The notes under the pieces were generated by a model. The model was not told where the DNA came from. It saw only the letters and a program-made list of their open reading frames with translations, and searched no databases. Of a stretch of 54,260 nt of DNA, positions 17,683 to 26,839 are shown piece by piece. Location of the stretch: the IMG/VR virus record IMGVR_UViG_3300044461_000032; one strand, written 5' to 3'. Position 1 is the first letter of the stretch. Every line of letters begins with the position of its first letter. Origin of the DNA: a virus. Position numbers and translations under genes: made by a program.

Positions 17683-18338
17683 GCGCCCCCACCAAGCACG
17701 AACATCTGGTAAGCCGGCTCCACGGCGTGCCGGTTCCGCTCCATAAGATCGACCGCCATGACCAGCGCCGCCACCCCGTCGATGCGTTCCGTCGAGACCT
17801 TCTTCGAGATCTTTAGGTTGCCGGTCGGGTCGCTTTCGACTGAGACGTTCGAGATGTTCCACCGCAGAATCGGGTGGCCGTCGTGGCGCAGCGTGCGGGA
17901 CAGAATGGCCTTTTCTAAGGACTTCGTCGGGGCGGACAGGCTCGCGAAACCCTGCCGCATCGGGATACAGTCGAAGCCGTCCTGCTCCTGGAGCCGCGTC
18001 ACCAGATCCGTGGCGTTCCACGGGTCGAAGGCGATATGCCGCACGTCAAACTCCGCCGCCCAATCCTTCAACCGCTGGCGCACCACCTCGTAATCGACCG
18101 TCGGACCAGGCGTCACGACCAACTCACCCTCGCGCGCCCACTGGTCGTAGGGCACCCGATCCCGTCGCGACCGCTCGAGGATGGCGTCCTTCGGCACAAA
18201 GAACTGGGCCAGCACGTCAAAGCCGTCATCGTCAGGAAAGACCGCCACGGTCGCCGTCAAGTCCTTCGTGGAGCTCAGGTCCATCCCGACGTAACATCGC
18301 CGGCCGAGCAACCGCTGTCGATACTCCGCTCGGGTCAT
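17679..18338 (-). CDS. Large terminase, nuclease (C-terminal) domain encoded as a separate ORF, 219 aa
   Basis: ..GRRCYVGMDLSSTKDLTATVAVFP..IAFDPWN..ERIDGVAALVMA.. (RNase-H-like acidic residues). Its ATG at 18338 overlaps the TGA of the ATPase ORF. Confidence 0.8.
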   Translation of the reverse strand: MTRAEYRQRLLGRRCYVGMDLSSTKDLTATVAVFPDDDGFDVLAQFFVPKDAILERSRRDRVPYDQWAREGELVVTPGPTVDYEVVRQRLKDWAAEFDVRHIAFDPWNATDLVTRLQEQDGFDCIPMRQGFASLSAPTKSLEKAILSRTLRHDGHPILRWNISNVSVESDPTGNLKISKKVSTERIDGVAALVMAVDLMERNRHAVEPAYQMFVLGGGA

Positions 18339-19240
18339 GCCGCCTCCGTCACGCAACACGCATCCCAGGCCGGCATCGAAATCCACCGCGCCGCCTGCTC
18401 CGTCCACTGATTGAGATACAGCCGCCGGAACGTGTTTTCCTGCGCCGGGATTTCCTTGGCCCGCGCCGCGGCGATCCGCATGTCCTCCAGGCTCCGGAAG
18501 TCCCCGAGGGCCGGGTTCGCCTTCTTCCACACCTTTTCGTCCGTCCAATCGGCATCGATCGGCGCCTCATACAGAATCGGCAGGAAGGTCGGATCGAGGC
18601 TCGGGTTCTCTTCCACCTTCTTCGCGTGCGCGTAGAGTTCCCAGAGAATCGAATGCCGGTCATAGCCGGCCGTGGTGATGGCAATCATGTAAGGTTGCGC
18701 CCGCGCCCCTTGGCTGGTGGAGAGCACGTCCCACAGTTCCCGGTTCTGGGCTGCGTGGAGCTCGTCATAGATGACGACCGAGGCGTTAAAGCCGTGCTTG
18801 CTGTAGGCTTCGGCCGAAATGGCGCGGTAGAAGCTGCCGGACTTGCGATGCACGATCCGCTTCTGGGAATCGATGATCTCGCATTGGGCCAGGAGTTCAG
18901 GATCGTTCCGAATCATCTGCGCCGCGACGTTGAACACGAGCGCCGCCTGGTCCTTGTCCGAGGCCGCGCTGTAGACTTCCGCGCCAATCTCCCCGTCAAA
19001 GAGCAGGAAGTAGATTGCCAGCGCCGCGCACAGTTCAGACTTGCCGTTCTTCCGCGGCAACATCAGGAGGCAAGTCCGGTATTGTCGCAGGCCGTCGCGG
19101 CGGGTGGTAAACATCCGCTTGACGATACCCACCTGCCACGGGCGCCGCAGGTTGAACGGTTGCCCCGCAAACGGCCCCTTCGTGTGCGTGAGTTGGTTGA
19201 TGAGCCGCACCGCTCTAGCCGCCTGGGTTTCCGCCCTCAC
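18335..19240 (-). CDS. Large terminase, ATPase (N-terminal) domain ORF, 301 aa
   Basis: ..LLMLPRKNGKSEL.. (Walker A), ..VVIYDELH.. (Walker B), ..NQWTEQAARWISMPAWDAC.. GTG at 19240 overlaps the small-terminase TGA. Confidence 0.8.
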   Translation of the reverse strand: MRAETQAARAVRLINQLTHTKGPFAGQPFNLRRPWQVGIVKRMFTTRRDGLRQYRTCLLMLPRKNGKSELCAALAIYFLLFDGEIGAEVYSAASDKDQAALVFNVAAQMIRNDPELLAQCEIIDSQKRIVHRKSGSFYRAISAEAYSKHGFNASVVIYDELHAAQNRELWDVLSTSQGARAQPYMIAITTAGYDRHSILWELYAHAKKVEENPSLDPTFLPILYEAPIDADWTDEKVWKKANPALGDFRSLEDMRIAAARAKEIPAQENTFRRLYLNQWTEQAARWISMPAWDACCVTEAA

Positions 19241-19668
19241 TTCAGCGCCCCCGCCCACTTCGACACCGGCTCGTCCGGCTTCTTCGGGACCGAGATCCGT
19301 GCTCGGCTCACCGGCTCCAGCCCGAACAGGGCCACCCACGGCCTGAGCGCGTTGGCCGTGTCCCGTTCCAATCGGGCATCGAACGCCGGCCCGCCCTTCG
19401 CCACCATCGCCGCCGTAAACGTCGCCTGAAGTTCGCACATCGTGGCAAATGCCCGCACGTCGGCGGTGGTCAAGGTGCCCATGGCGAGGCAAATCGGGGC
19501 CAATTCGTCCCAGACCACGCCAGCGGAGTCGGAGAGGGCCGTCGGCTTGACCACCTCTCCAGACGGTGGACGTGGCTCATTTTCATTGAGCTTTTTACGA
19601 CTCGGGTTCCCGCGGAGCACCGTCAACGCGGACGGTTGCGGGCGCCTCCCGCTATTTTCAAACCCCAT
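19237..19668 (-). CDS. Small terminase subunit (P27 family), 143 aa
   Basis: ATG at 19668. MGFENSGRRPQPSALTVLRGNPSRKKLNENEPRP is a typical P27-family N-terminus. Confidence 0.8.
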   Translation of the reverse strand: MGFENSGRRPQPSALTVLRGNPSRKKLNENEPRPPSGEVVKPTALSDSAGVVWDELAPICLAMGTLTTADVRAFATMCELQATFTAAMVAKGGPAFDARLERDTANALRPWVALFGLEPVSRARISVPKKPDEPVSKWAGALK

Positions 19669-19727
19669 AAATCCCCTGAGACCGCCAATCTTTGCCCGAA
19701 AGTTGGCGCGAGCGTGCTCCAGCGGTC

Positions 19728-20141
19728 CTATTGGCCGCGCCGGAAAACATTGGACCATCCCCCCGCGTCGATCGTCGTCGTCTTCACGTTGTGACACCGC
19801 TCGCAGAGCGTCTGCAGGTTGCTCGCGTCGTCCGTGCCGCCTTGCGTCTTGGGCACAATGTGATCCGTGACCATGCGACCGCCGGGATAACGCAGGCCTG
19901 CTCTCACGCAGGCACTATGCTCACTCGACAATCGTCCGTCTGTGCGTTCCCCGCAGTAGGGATGCATCGCTTTCCATCGCTTGCTGAGCTTGTCCCATGC
20001 GTTGCCATACCCTCGCTCGTGGCGGCTGCCTCGCCTCAGGTCGGTCACCTGCCTCCGTTGCTTGGTGTGGGCAGGGCAGGGGCCCTTACTGCGTGCCGCA
20101 CAGCCAGGTTCAGGACAGAAGCCGACAGGGGCGCTTGGCAT
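19728..20141 (-). CDS. HNH endonuclease (terminase-associated), 137 aa
   Basis: ..DHIVPKTQGGTDDASNLQTLCERCHNVKT.. Lies directly upstream of the small terminase, as in HK97-like cos phages. Confidence 0.8.
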   Translation of the reverse strand: MPSAPVGFCPEPGCAARSKGPCPAHTKQRRQVTDLRRGSRHERGYGNAWDKLSKRWKAMHPYCGERTDGRLSSEHSACVRAGLRYPGGRMVTDHIVPKTQGGTDDASNLQTLCERCHNVKTTTIDAGGWSNVFRRGQ

Positions 20142-20200
20142 CTCCTATATCTCCACCCCCGCAGGCACGCACAGGATGGTGACTATTGCTTCTCGTCTGT

Positions 20201-20338
20201 TCACCTGGGCCATCCTGCCGACGTCAGCGTCCCTAAGATGTGTAGCAGCACACCTACCCACAGGGGCGCTTTATTCACGCTCGCCATCAGCACCACCACC
20301 AACGCCGCAAGGAACAGAATGAGGCTTAGGCTCAACAT
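20201..20338 (-). CDS. Small two-TM membrane peptide, 45 aa (below the ORF-track cutoff)
   Basis: ATG at 20338 preceded by AGGAG. MLSLSLILFLAALVVVLMASVNKAPLWVGVLLHILGTLTSAGWPR. Confidence 0.4.
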   Translation of the reverse strand: MLSLSLILFLAALVVVLMASVNKAPLWVGVLLHILGTLTSAGWPR

Positions 20339-20349
20339 GGTATGTGCTC

Positions 20350-20649
20350 CTAGTTCACCACGCGCCAGACGTCAGGCGCTTTACTGTTCGGGAAGTACCC
20401 GACCAGGTTATCCCCGTCCGTGAGCGAGAACCGCACCTGATACACCCCGACGCTCAAGGCCTCGACCCCCAGGACGGCCACGGTGCCGGCGTCCTCATTG
20501 AGCCAATCGACGGTGACCGTGTCGATTTCGTCGCTCCCAAACAAGATACGTATCCCGACCGTAAACCCAGTCCCGTCAATCGGAACCCCGTCGTTTTCGA
20601 GCCGAAATTCCTGCGGTTCACTCGTGCCAACCGGAATCACATGGGTCAT
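20350..20649 (-). CDS. Small beta-rich (Ig-like?) protein, 99 aa
   Basis: ATG at 20649 (ATGA overlap). Confidence 0.55.
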   Translation of the reverse strand: MTHVIPVGTSEPQEFRLENDGVPIDGTGFTVGIRILFGSDEIDTVTVDWLNEDAGTVAVLGVEALSVGVYQVRFSLTDGDNLVGYFPNSKAPDVWRVVN

Positions 20650-21923
20650 GACGAACACTCCCGACGCACACGACGGACCGGCACGAGCGACACCACCCCA
20701 CGAACCGGCGTCAGGGCAATCACCGAATAAGTCGGGGTGAGGCTGACCACCGTGGTATCGCAGAGGTCCACTTCTGGCTGCAGACCGGCGAAGAAGGAGG
20801 TAGGGGCGCCCGTGATGAGATACGTGCCCGGGCTGAGCACGAACACGCGCGCCCCTTGTAAGGTCGCTGCCGCACCCGTAATGGCGTAGGCCCCAGGCGA
20901 CGCCACGAGCGCCCGATTGAGATGGAACGTGGCGTCTGCGCCGGTGAGGGCATAGGCCCCTGGATTCGCCGAGAGGAAGTGTTCGACTGCGAGGGTCGCC
21001 GAGGAACCTGTGATGACGTAGGTGCCCGAATCAGCCTGCAGAATGTGTGCGCTCAGGAGCGTGGCCGCGCTGCCCGTCAGGGCATAGGCGCCTGCCTCAG
21101 CATTCAGGGCAAAGGCGGCAAACGTCGTGAGCTCTGCATCGGCACCGGAGAGGACATACGCGCCTGGACTGGCCGAGAAGAGCAGCGCGCGCTGGAACGT
21201 GACATCCGCGCCCGTCAGCGCATAACTGCCAGGGTCGGCAATGAGCGCAAAGATGCCCGCGAGGTTGAGTTCCGCCGCGACGCCTGAGATGAGATAACTT
21301 CCAGGGCTGGCGTTCAGCGACCGAGCCGTCAGGAGGGTCGCGCTCGAGCCCGTCAGGCTGTAACTGCCAGGACTCGCGAGCAGGGACCGGACCAGGGAGA
21401 GCGTGGCCACGCTACCCGTGAGGTCGTAGGCGCCTGGACTCGCCGTGAGGGTTCGGGCGGCGAGCAGTGTAGCCGCTGAGCCTGTCAGCGCATAACTGCC
21501 TGGATCGGCCGAGACCGATCGCCCCGAGAGCAGGGACGCACTTGAGCCGGTGAGGGCATAACTCCCAGGACTCGCCGAAATGGTCCTGACGAGTTGAAGC
21601 GTCCCATTCGCCCCGGTGAGGGCGTAACTCCCTGAGGCGGCGTTGATGGTCCGAGCCGAGAGGAGCGTGGCGCTCGACCCGGTGACCGCGTAACTACCAG
21701 GGGAGGCCGTAATCGTATGGGCCGAGGTCAGAGTGGCACTGGCCCCAGTCAGGGCATACGCACCACTCGCCGCCAGGAGCGCATGGGCCGCGACCGTGAT
21801 GGCGGCAGCGCCCGTCACGGCATAACTCCCCGCATCGCAGCTCAAGCTATACGCGTTCGCGACCGTGGGCGGAAAGCTGGTCAGCCACGGTTTGAACGGT
21901 TGCGCGCGTCCGAGTCGTGCCAT
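20646..21923 (-). CDS. Tandem-repeat protein (16 x ~22 aa P-G-S-Y-A-L-T-G-S-x-A-T-L units), 425 aa
   Basis: Repeats are read directly from the translation. The N- and C-termini are unique. Confidence 0.75.
   Translation of the reverse strand: MARLGRAQPFKPWLTSFPPTVANAYSLSCDAGSYAVTGAAAITVAAHALLAASGAYALTGASATLTSAHTITASPGSYAVTGSSATLLSARTINAASGSYALTGANGTLQLVRTISASPGSYALTGSSASLLSGRSVSADPGSYALTGSAATLLAARTLTASPGAYDLTGSVATLSLVRSLLASPGSYSLTGSSATLLTARSLNASPGSYLISGVAAELNLAGIFALIADPGSYALTGADVTFQRALLFSASPGAYVLSGADAELTTFAAFALNAEAGAYALTGSAATLLSAHILQADSGTYVITGSSATLAVEHFLSANPGAYALTGADATFHLNRALVASPGAYAITGAAATLQGARVFVLSPGTYLITGAPTSFFAGLQPEVDLCDTTVVSLTPTYSVIALTPVRGVVSLVPVRRVRRECSS
20770..21840 (-). repeat. Diverged ~66-bp in-frame tandem repeat array (about 16 units) inside CDS 20646..21923
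   Basis: Periodic GSYALTG / GAYALTG units. The DNA copies are diverged, not identical. Confidence 0.7.
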
Positions 21924-21926
21924 CGA

Positions 21927-22130
21927 CTAGAGTCCTGCCCCCATCACCCCGAACCGACCCGGATCGGCCACGAGTTCATAGTGCCGGCGTCCGCAGACCC
22001 GACATTGCTTGACAATCATCCCGTGCCGATGCTCGGCCGAGTGGGTCGCCAAGGTCTCAAGGTTCCTGGGCTTGGCACAACACGGGCGCAAAATCCCCTT
22101 CACGACCGACCGCGGATCGATGAGGACCAT
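21927..22130 (-). CDS. Small Cys/His-rich protein, 67 aa
   Basis: ATG at 22130 overlaps the upstream TAA (TAATG). ..CCAKP..HSAEHRH..CRVCGRRH.. Confidence 0.45.
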   Translation of the reverse strand: MVLIDPRSVVKGILRPCCAKPRNLETLATHSAEHRHGMIVKQCRVCGRRHYELVADPGRFGVMGAGL

Positions 22131-22576
22131 TACGCCAGGGTGAAGATGGTCCCCGCGACGCCCACCGCCGCATTGTTGAACTTGACCGAGAACGACTCGC
22201 CATCTGCCAACGTCAACGGAGAGGCATAGTCCCACCACGCGATGAGCGGGTCCGCGTTCGGCGTCGTCGGCGTGTCGTCGTAGATGGCGACATACTGAAA
22301 CGGTCCCACGGGGCCGGCGCTCGCCGTGATCGTGAACGAGATGCCCGTCAGGGTGACCGTGCCACCCGTCCGCGTGGAGTCGTTCTGCGTATCCACGGGA
22401 GCGGTGTAGCCGTTCTGATTCGTGATCTCAGCCAGGTCCGCCTTGACCGTATCCCCGGAGGCCGAGGGCGTGGCGTTGCTGAGATAGGCGTTGATGACTT
22501 CGGCCGTCCCGAACAAGTCCATTTCCTTGTTCATGAGGCACTGCACGAAGGGCTCGAATTTGTTATACGTCGCCAC
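22130..22576 (-). CDS. Conserved phage protein of unknown function (virion-type), 148 aa
   Basis: MATYNKFEPFVQCLMNKEMDL..ADLAEITNQNGY..PLIAWWDY.. resembles a recurrent phage family whose function I cannot name. Confidence 0.5.
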   Translation of the reverse strand: MATYNKFEPFVQCLMNKEMDLFGTAEVINAYLSNATPSASGDTVKADLAEITNQNGYTAPVDTQNDSTRTGGTVTLTGISFTITASAGPVGPFQYVAIYDDTPTTPNADPLIAWWDYASPLTLADGESFSVKFNNAAVGVAGTIFTLA

Positions 22577-22577
22577 G

Positions 22578-23099
22578 TTAAACCTCCACCGTCATGTAAC
22601 AGACCGCGTTGACCGCCACGGATGTGTGGGTACGAATGCGCCCGAAGAGCCCCAGGTTGATGACCGGCTCCCGCCCGAGGGGGAATTGCTTCACGAACTC
22701 ATATCCGTTGGAACTGGGCACCGTCACGGTGATCTGGTCAAAGAGCCGCACGGCCGTGATACTACCCTCACCGGCACTGGTGTAGCCGGTCGAGGTTGTG
22801 CCAACTTGGATGAGGTTCGTCGACGGGTCGCCGCCCGCGACCGCATTCGCGTCCAGTTTGTTCAGGCCTGCCGCCACATGCGCCGTCACCGTGGCCGCCA
22901 CGTCCGTCTCGAGCAGCTCGGCCACGAACAGGCAGGCCGAGGCGGGCGCGTCGCACTTGATGCCCCACTCGACAATCTTCGCGAGCACGGTCGCGGAGGC
23001 TTTCACTTGCAGGAGCGTCTTGATGGACGTGCCCGTCGTCACCGCGACAAACTTCGCCGTGGTCGGGGTGGCACCGTTGAAAATCTGATACAACGCCAT
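22578..23099 (-). CDS. Hypothetical beta-rich structural-type protein, 173 aa
   Basis: Clean ORF whose stop lies 1 nt before the next start. Confidence 0.5.
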   Translation of the reverse strand: MALYQIFNGATPTTAKFVAVTTGTSIKTLLQVKASATVLAKIVEWGIKCDAPASACLFVAELLETDVAATVTAHVAAGLNKLDANAVAGGDPSTNLIQVGTTSTGYTSAGEGSITAVRLFDQITVTVPSSNGYEFVKQFPLGREPVINLGLFGRIRTHTSVAVNAVCYMTVEV

Positions 23100-23108
23100 A
23101 GGACTCCT

Positions 23109-24431
23109 TTAATACAGTGAGGCGCGCTTGACGGATTGATTTAGGAAGAGCGGCTTCGCTCGCCGAGTCTCGTAGCCTACCGCGACATACCACATAAACG
23201 CCCCCGCAGGGTCCGCGTCGTCCATGATGAGCGTGATCGGATCGCCCCAGGTATTGATGTCACCAAGCCCTTCAATGGCATCGGTGTCAGGGTCCGCGTT
23301 GAGATACACCGCGTCCGTGCGCAGGCCGGTCTGCACGAACATATTGGTGTTGCCGCTCCGACTGGAGGCTTGCTGACAGGTGCGATTCGAGGCGCTGGTC
23401 GCCGCGCCAACACTCCATTCATCGTGTGCGGACGGCGTGGAACCTGAGACGATGTGCGCCTTGCACGCCGACACGAACAGAGCCGCCAACGGATAGAATC
23501 CGAGCGCATCAGTACCAAACGCCGTGCTCGTATCGGTCTGCGTCGTCAGGCTCCCGATCGCCCATTGCCCACCGCCAATCGCGAGCCAGTGCATCCGCAT
23601 GGCGTTGTTACGAGCCGTCCAGTCGATATTGAGGTTGGTCGCATCGGCAAAGCCCGGGGGATCATTCGAGATGAGACACAAGTTTGCGGGCGCTGTCGTC
23701 GGGTTCGACAGGTGCAGGGCGAAGATTTCATCTCGCCGACAATACGTCCCCGTCGCCCCGCTCGCCGCCGCGTTGTTGCTGCCGCCGCTCCAGACCGCTT
23801 GCCGTGGGACGGCCCCGCCACCACCGGGCGGCACCGCGGCCATCGCCGCGCCGAAGGAGACCGAGGAATCCACCTTGGTGCTCGGTGCATCGGCCGCGCA
23901 CGCGCCCATGAAAAAGGCGACCGTGGGGGTCACGCCGAGCCCGTGCGCGACGGTCGTCGTCCCCGTGGCGGCCGACGTGTGGGTGCCGGTCGCCGCAGAA
24001 ATCTCGCTCCCGCCCACCGCGAGATAGCTCACCCGCAGATCCGTCGGGAAGGCGTCGAGAATCTCCAGCGTGAAACTGCCGTTGCCGACCGATTGCACGT
24101 CCGCCCATCCCGCACCCGTGCCGAACCCATTCGTGGTATCCAACATCGCGATGCAGGCATCGTCCCGATGGCCGCTGTCCGTATCCGCCGACCCACCGCC
24201 GTCGATGTCGAGCGCGCAGACCACGCGGAACGCCGACGCCCCCACCGCCCACCCATGTCCGCGTAGATGGCTCGCGCTCCCAAACGCGTTCGTGCTTTCC
24301 GTGCGACCCGACCACCAGAACAGGATCACCTTCGGCACTTCGGACTCGGGCCACAGACTGGACACGGTCACCGTCGTGGCGGCTGCCCCTGTCCCGATAT
24401 TGAACGCACCCACCGCGGCCAGGACGGACAT
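23109..24431 (-). CDS. Hypothetical Gly/Ala/Thr-rich surface-type protein, 440 aa
   Basis: ATG at 24431 preceded by GGGGAG. The N-terminal extension in the track overlaps the upstream gene. Confidence 0.5.
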   Translation of the reverse strand: MSVLAAVGAFNIGTGAAATTVTVSSLWPESEVPKVILFWWSGRTESTNAFGSASHLRGHGWAVGASAFRVVCALDIDGGGSADTDSGHRDDACIAMLDTTNGFGTGAGWADVQSVGNGSFTLEILDAFPTDLRVSYLAVGGSEISAATGTHTSAATGTTTVAHGLGVTPTVAFFMGACAADAPSTKVDSSVSFGAAMAAVPPGGGGAVPRQAVWSGGSNNAAASGATGTYCRRDEIFALHLSNPTTAPANLCLISNDPPGFADATNLNIDWTARNNAMRMHWLAIGGGQWAIGSLTTQTDTSTAFGTDALGFYPLAALFVSACKAHIVSGSTPSAHDEWSVGAATSASNRTCQQASSRSGNTNMFVQTGLRTDAVYLNADPDTDAIEGLGDINTWGDPITLIMDDADPAGAFMWYVAVGYETRRAKPLFLNQSVKRASLY

Positions 24432-24450
24432 CAGCAGGACTCCCCACACA

Positions 24451-25107
24451 TCAGACCCCCAACCGGGCGATGAGCGCGGCCTCAGTGTGGAGTGGGTTGA
24501 TGCGGTCTTCCGCCAGCAGGAGAATCTGGTGGAGCACATCCGCCGTCATCATGCCGATGCGCCTGAGCGCCAGCGACGCGCCATAGAACACCGGGTCATC
24601 CGCCGCGGTGGTGGACTTCACCCGGACGCGCAGCGTGCGCAGACCAGCAGGTAGGGGACTCACCGACTGGGACACCGAGAGCGTCTTGTCGCCAGCGGCC
24701 CCGGCATCGTCAATCACCGCAAGCTGCGCCGCGTTCGTCTGGTCCCACAACTGCCAACTCTGCGTCCCCGTCCCGACCTTGTTCACGAAGACGCCGAACT
24801 CGAACCCGCTGATGCCGAAGGTCTCGATCCGACAGACGCCCAAGCCTTTGCTCGCCGGGGTCGTGTCATAGGCCGCGCCCACATTCGTCAGCGTCAGAAA
24901 CCCGCCGAGGCTGATCGAGTCCAGCGGGGAGACGACCCTGGCGATGAGCGCCGCGGCCTCGGTCTGCTCACCGGCCGAGAGGGTAAAAGCATCGATGACT
25001 TGCTGCGTCGTCATCTGGCCGCGTTCCAGTTCCCCGAGCGCCGCCATGAAGGCGTGGACGTGGATCTTGGGTTCCGTCGTGCCGATGAGACGGGAGTAGA
25101 GGCTCAC
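24451..25107 (-). CDS. Hypothetical protein, 218 aa
   Basis: ATGA overlap with the upstream gene. Confidence 0.5.
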   Translation of the reverse strand: MSLYSRLIGTTEPKIHVHAFMAALGELERGQMTTQQVIDAFTLSAGEQTEAAALIARVVSPLDSISLGGFLTLTNVGAAYDTTPASKGLGVCRIETFGISGFEFGVFVNKVGTGTQSWQLWDQTNAAQLAVIDDAGAAGDKTLSVSQSVSPLPAGLRTLRVRVKSTTAADDPVFYGASLALRRIGMMTADVLHQILLLAEDRINPLHTEAALIARLGV

Positions 25108-26435
25108 GACAGACCCGGCTGCACGAGTAGGGGCGCAATCGCCTCAGGCGTCAGGCTCCCGTTCGGCCCAGCGAGCACCACCACGTTTCGGTTCCACGAT
25201 TGCATAAGGCCATTCGTGGCCGTGTCCTGCGAACTGTCGTATTCCAGTCGAAAGACGGTGGTCGCAGGGGGCGTGAACAGCGGCACACGGTTGTAGAGTT
25301 GGACCGGCGCACGGGCGGCATCGGCGATCCACATACTCAGCAGACAGGGCGTCTCGCCTTGGCCGAACCCTTCCACCAGGAGCCAGGTGCGCGTGATCGT
25401 ATTCACGGCCACATAGAATTGGGCCGCACGCGGTGACAAAATCTGCTGCCCGAATTGATCGTTGAACGACTGCCCGGGCACGAGATACATGCCGTTGTAG
25501 ACCGATAAGAAAAACTCCGCGATCCCCTGGCCCGCATCGAACGCCTGTTTGTAGTCCGTCTTCCACTGTAACCAGAACGGCCACCCCACCACGGAATCCA
25601 CGCGCCACGTCTTATGGCGGAACAAGTCCCCGTCCTTGGTGTAGGCAAACCCCGCATCGAAACTGAAGTCCCAGGTCAAGAGACTGTCCCCGGTGGTCAA
25701 CTCGAACGTCAGGTGCTTCTGTCCGCTGTCTGTGCTGCCGGTCTGGGGATTGATCTGTGCCACGGCCGCATCCACGCCAGCGTCGTAGAAGATGGGCACC
25801 TTTGTTGCGCTCACGCCTCCGGACTGGTAACTGTCGATCTCGGCCTGACTCCGTAACGGGTAGGCGTCCCGGCAATCAGCGCGGGCAGTCAGCGCCTCGT
25901 AGTAGGGGTACGCCCCAGGCTGCGGCGGCACATACACACACGACCGTGTCTCAATACGCGTCCCACTCGTCGGCCCGCACGCCTGCCCACCGTTCGCCGG
26001 TGGCGTGAGAATCTCTCGTGTCCAGGTCACCACGCAGGTCTGCGTGCCGTCCGGCTGACAGGGCCCCCACTCACCAACCGTGTCCACGGGATCGCCGAGC
26101 ACGCAATCAACGGGCACGGGTGAGGTCTCAGCCGGTTGCACGTCGACCGTCACTGTGGCCGTGGCCTTCCCTCCTTTGTGGTCGATGACTTCATAAACGA
26201 TGTCATAGACCCCAACCGCATCGTAGCCGCGGGTGTAGGACGCCTTCCCCGGCTTGCCGGGCGCCGTGCTCTTGTCGATGCCCTGGCCCCAGTAGAAGAT
26301 GTTCTTAATTTTGTTCGTGGGACCGTCCACATCCGTCGTGCCCGAGGCATCGACGATGACTTCTTGACCGACGAGAATCGGCAATGGCGTCACGAGTTGG
26401 AGATCGGCGATCGGCACGCGGTTCGGTGGGGACAT
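25104..26435 (-). CDS. PKD-like domain, then a Cys-rich TSP1-like module, then an unknown ~270-aa C-terminal domain, 443 aa
   Basis: ..VIVDASGTTDVDG..YDIVYEVIDHKGGKATATVTVDV.., ..WGPCQPDGTQTCVVTWTREILTPPANGGQACGPTSGTRIETRSC.. The C-terminal domain is paralogous to that of 26836..28764. Confidence 0.6.
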   Translation of the reverse strand: MSPPNRVPIADLQLVTPLPILVGQEVIVDASGTTDVDGPTNKIKNIFYWGQGIDKSTAPGKPGKASYTRGYDAVGVYDIVYEVIDHKGGKATATVTVDVQPAETSPVPVDCVLGDPVDTVGEWGPCQPDGTQTCVVTWTREILTPPANGGQACGPTSGTRIETRSCVYVPPQPGAYPYYEALTARADCRDAYPLRSQAEIDSYQSGGVSATKVPIFYDAGVDAAVAQINPQTGSTDSGQKHLTFELTTGDSLLTWDFSFDAGFAYTKDGDLFRHKTWRVDSVVGWPFWLQWKTDYKQAFDAGQGIAEFFLSVYNGMYLVPGQSFNDQFGQQILSPRAAQFYVAVNTITRTWLLVEGFGQGETPCLLSMWIADAARAPVQLYNRVPLFTPPATTVFRLEYDSSQDTATNGLMQSWNRNVVVLAGPNGSLTPEAIAPLLVQPGLS

Positions 26436-26461
26436 GGTTTACGGCTTTCGCAAGGAGGGGC

Positions 26462-26839
26462 TCAGGTCGCCGCCCCCTCGTAATCCGGCGCGATGGTGAG
26501 CGTGACCAGGAACTTCCCGGTGTTCACGAGACTGTCCCAGGTGTAGGTGAACAGGACGTGGCGCCGATACTGCGAGGGCGGACGGCGCGTGGTGAGCGGC
26601 ACCACCGTGGTATCGTCCGCGTTCAACGTGACGGCCACGACCCCCTCGTCTGAGCAGTACACCAAGACATCCACGTCGTCGCGGTCGTTCACGATCGTCG
26701 TCGTGGCCGGATACACCGACGCATTACGGTCATAGACCGACATCGTCAACGTTTCCGGCTTGAATCCCAGGTCCACCGTCACATCTAAGGACGTGCCACT
26801 GAGAAAGGCCTTCCGAACTAAGACGGTATTCTTCGTCAC
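26462..26839 (-). CDS. Hypothetical beta-rich protein, 125 aa
   Basis: GTG at 26839 (GTGA overlap). Confidence 0.45.
   Translation of the reverse strand: MTKNTVLVRKAFLSGTSLDVTVDLGFKPETLTMSVYDRNASVYPATTTIVNDRDDVDVLVYCSDEGVVAVTLNADDTTVVPLTTRRPPSQYRRHVLFTYTWDSLVNTGKFLVTLTIAPDYEGAAT

Noticed and set aside
17497-18021. The 174-aa ORF, and similar long N-terminal extensions in track ORFs (for example 5952..6761, 7113..8129, 11267..12148 and 18335..19492).
   Set aside because: The upstream parts overlap the preceding genes in another frame and are Arg/Gly-rich. Internal starts that overlap the preceding stop codon (ATGA or GTGA) give products matching the family N-termini.
20770-21840. A periodic ~66-bp repeat array, considered as a possible CRISPR array or satellite.
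   Set aside because: The repeats are diverged, in frame and contiguous with no spacers, and they translate into a regular 22-aa protein repeat inside a long ORF.
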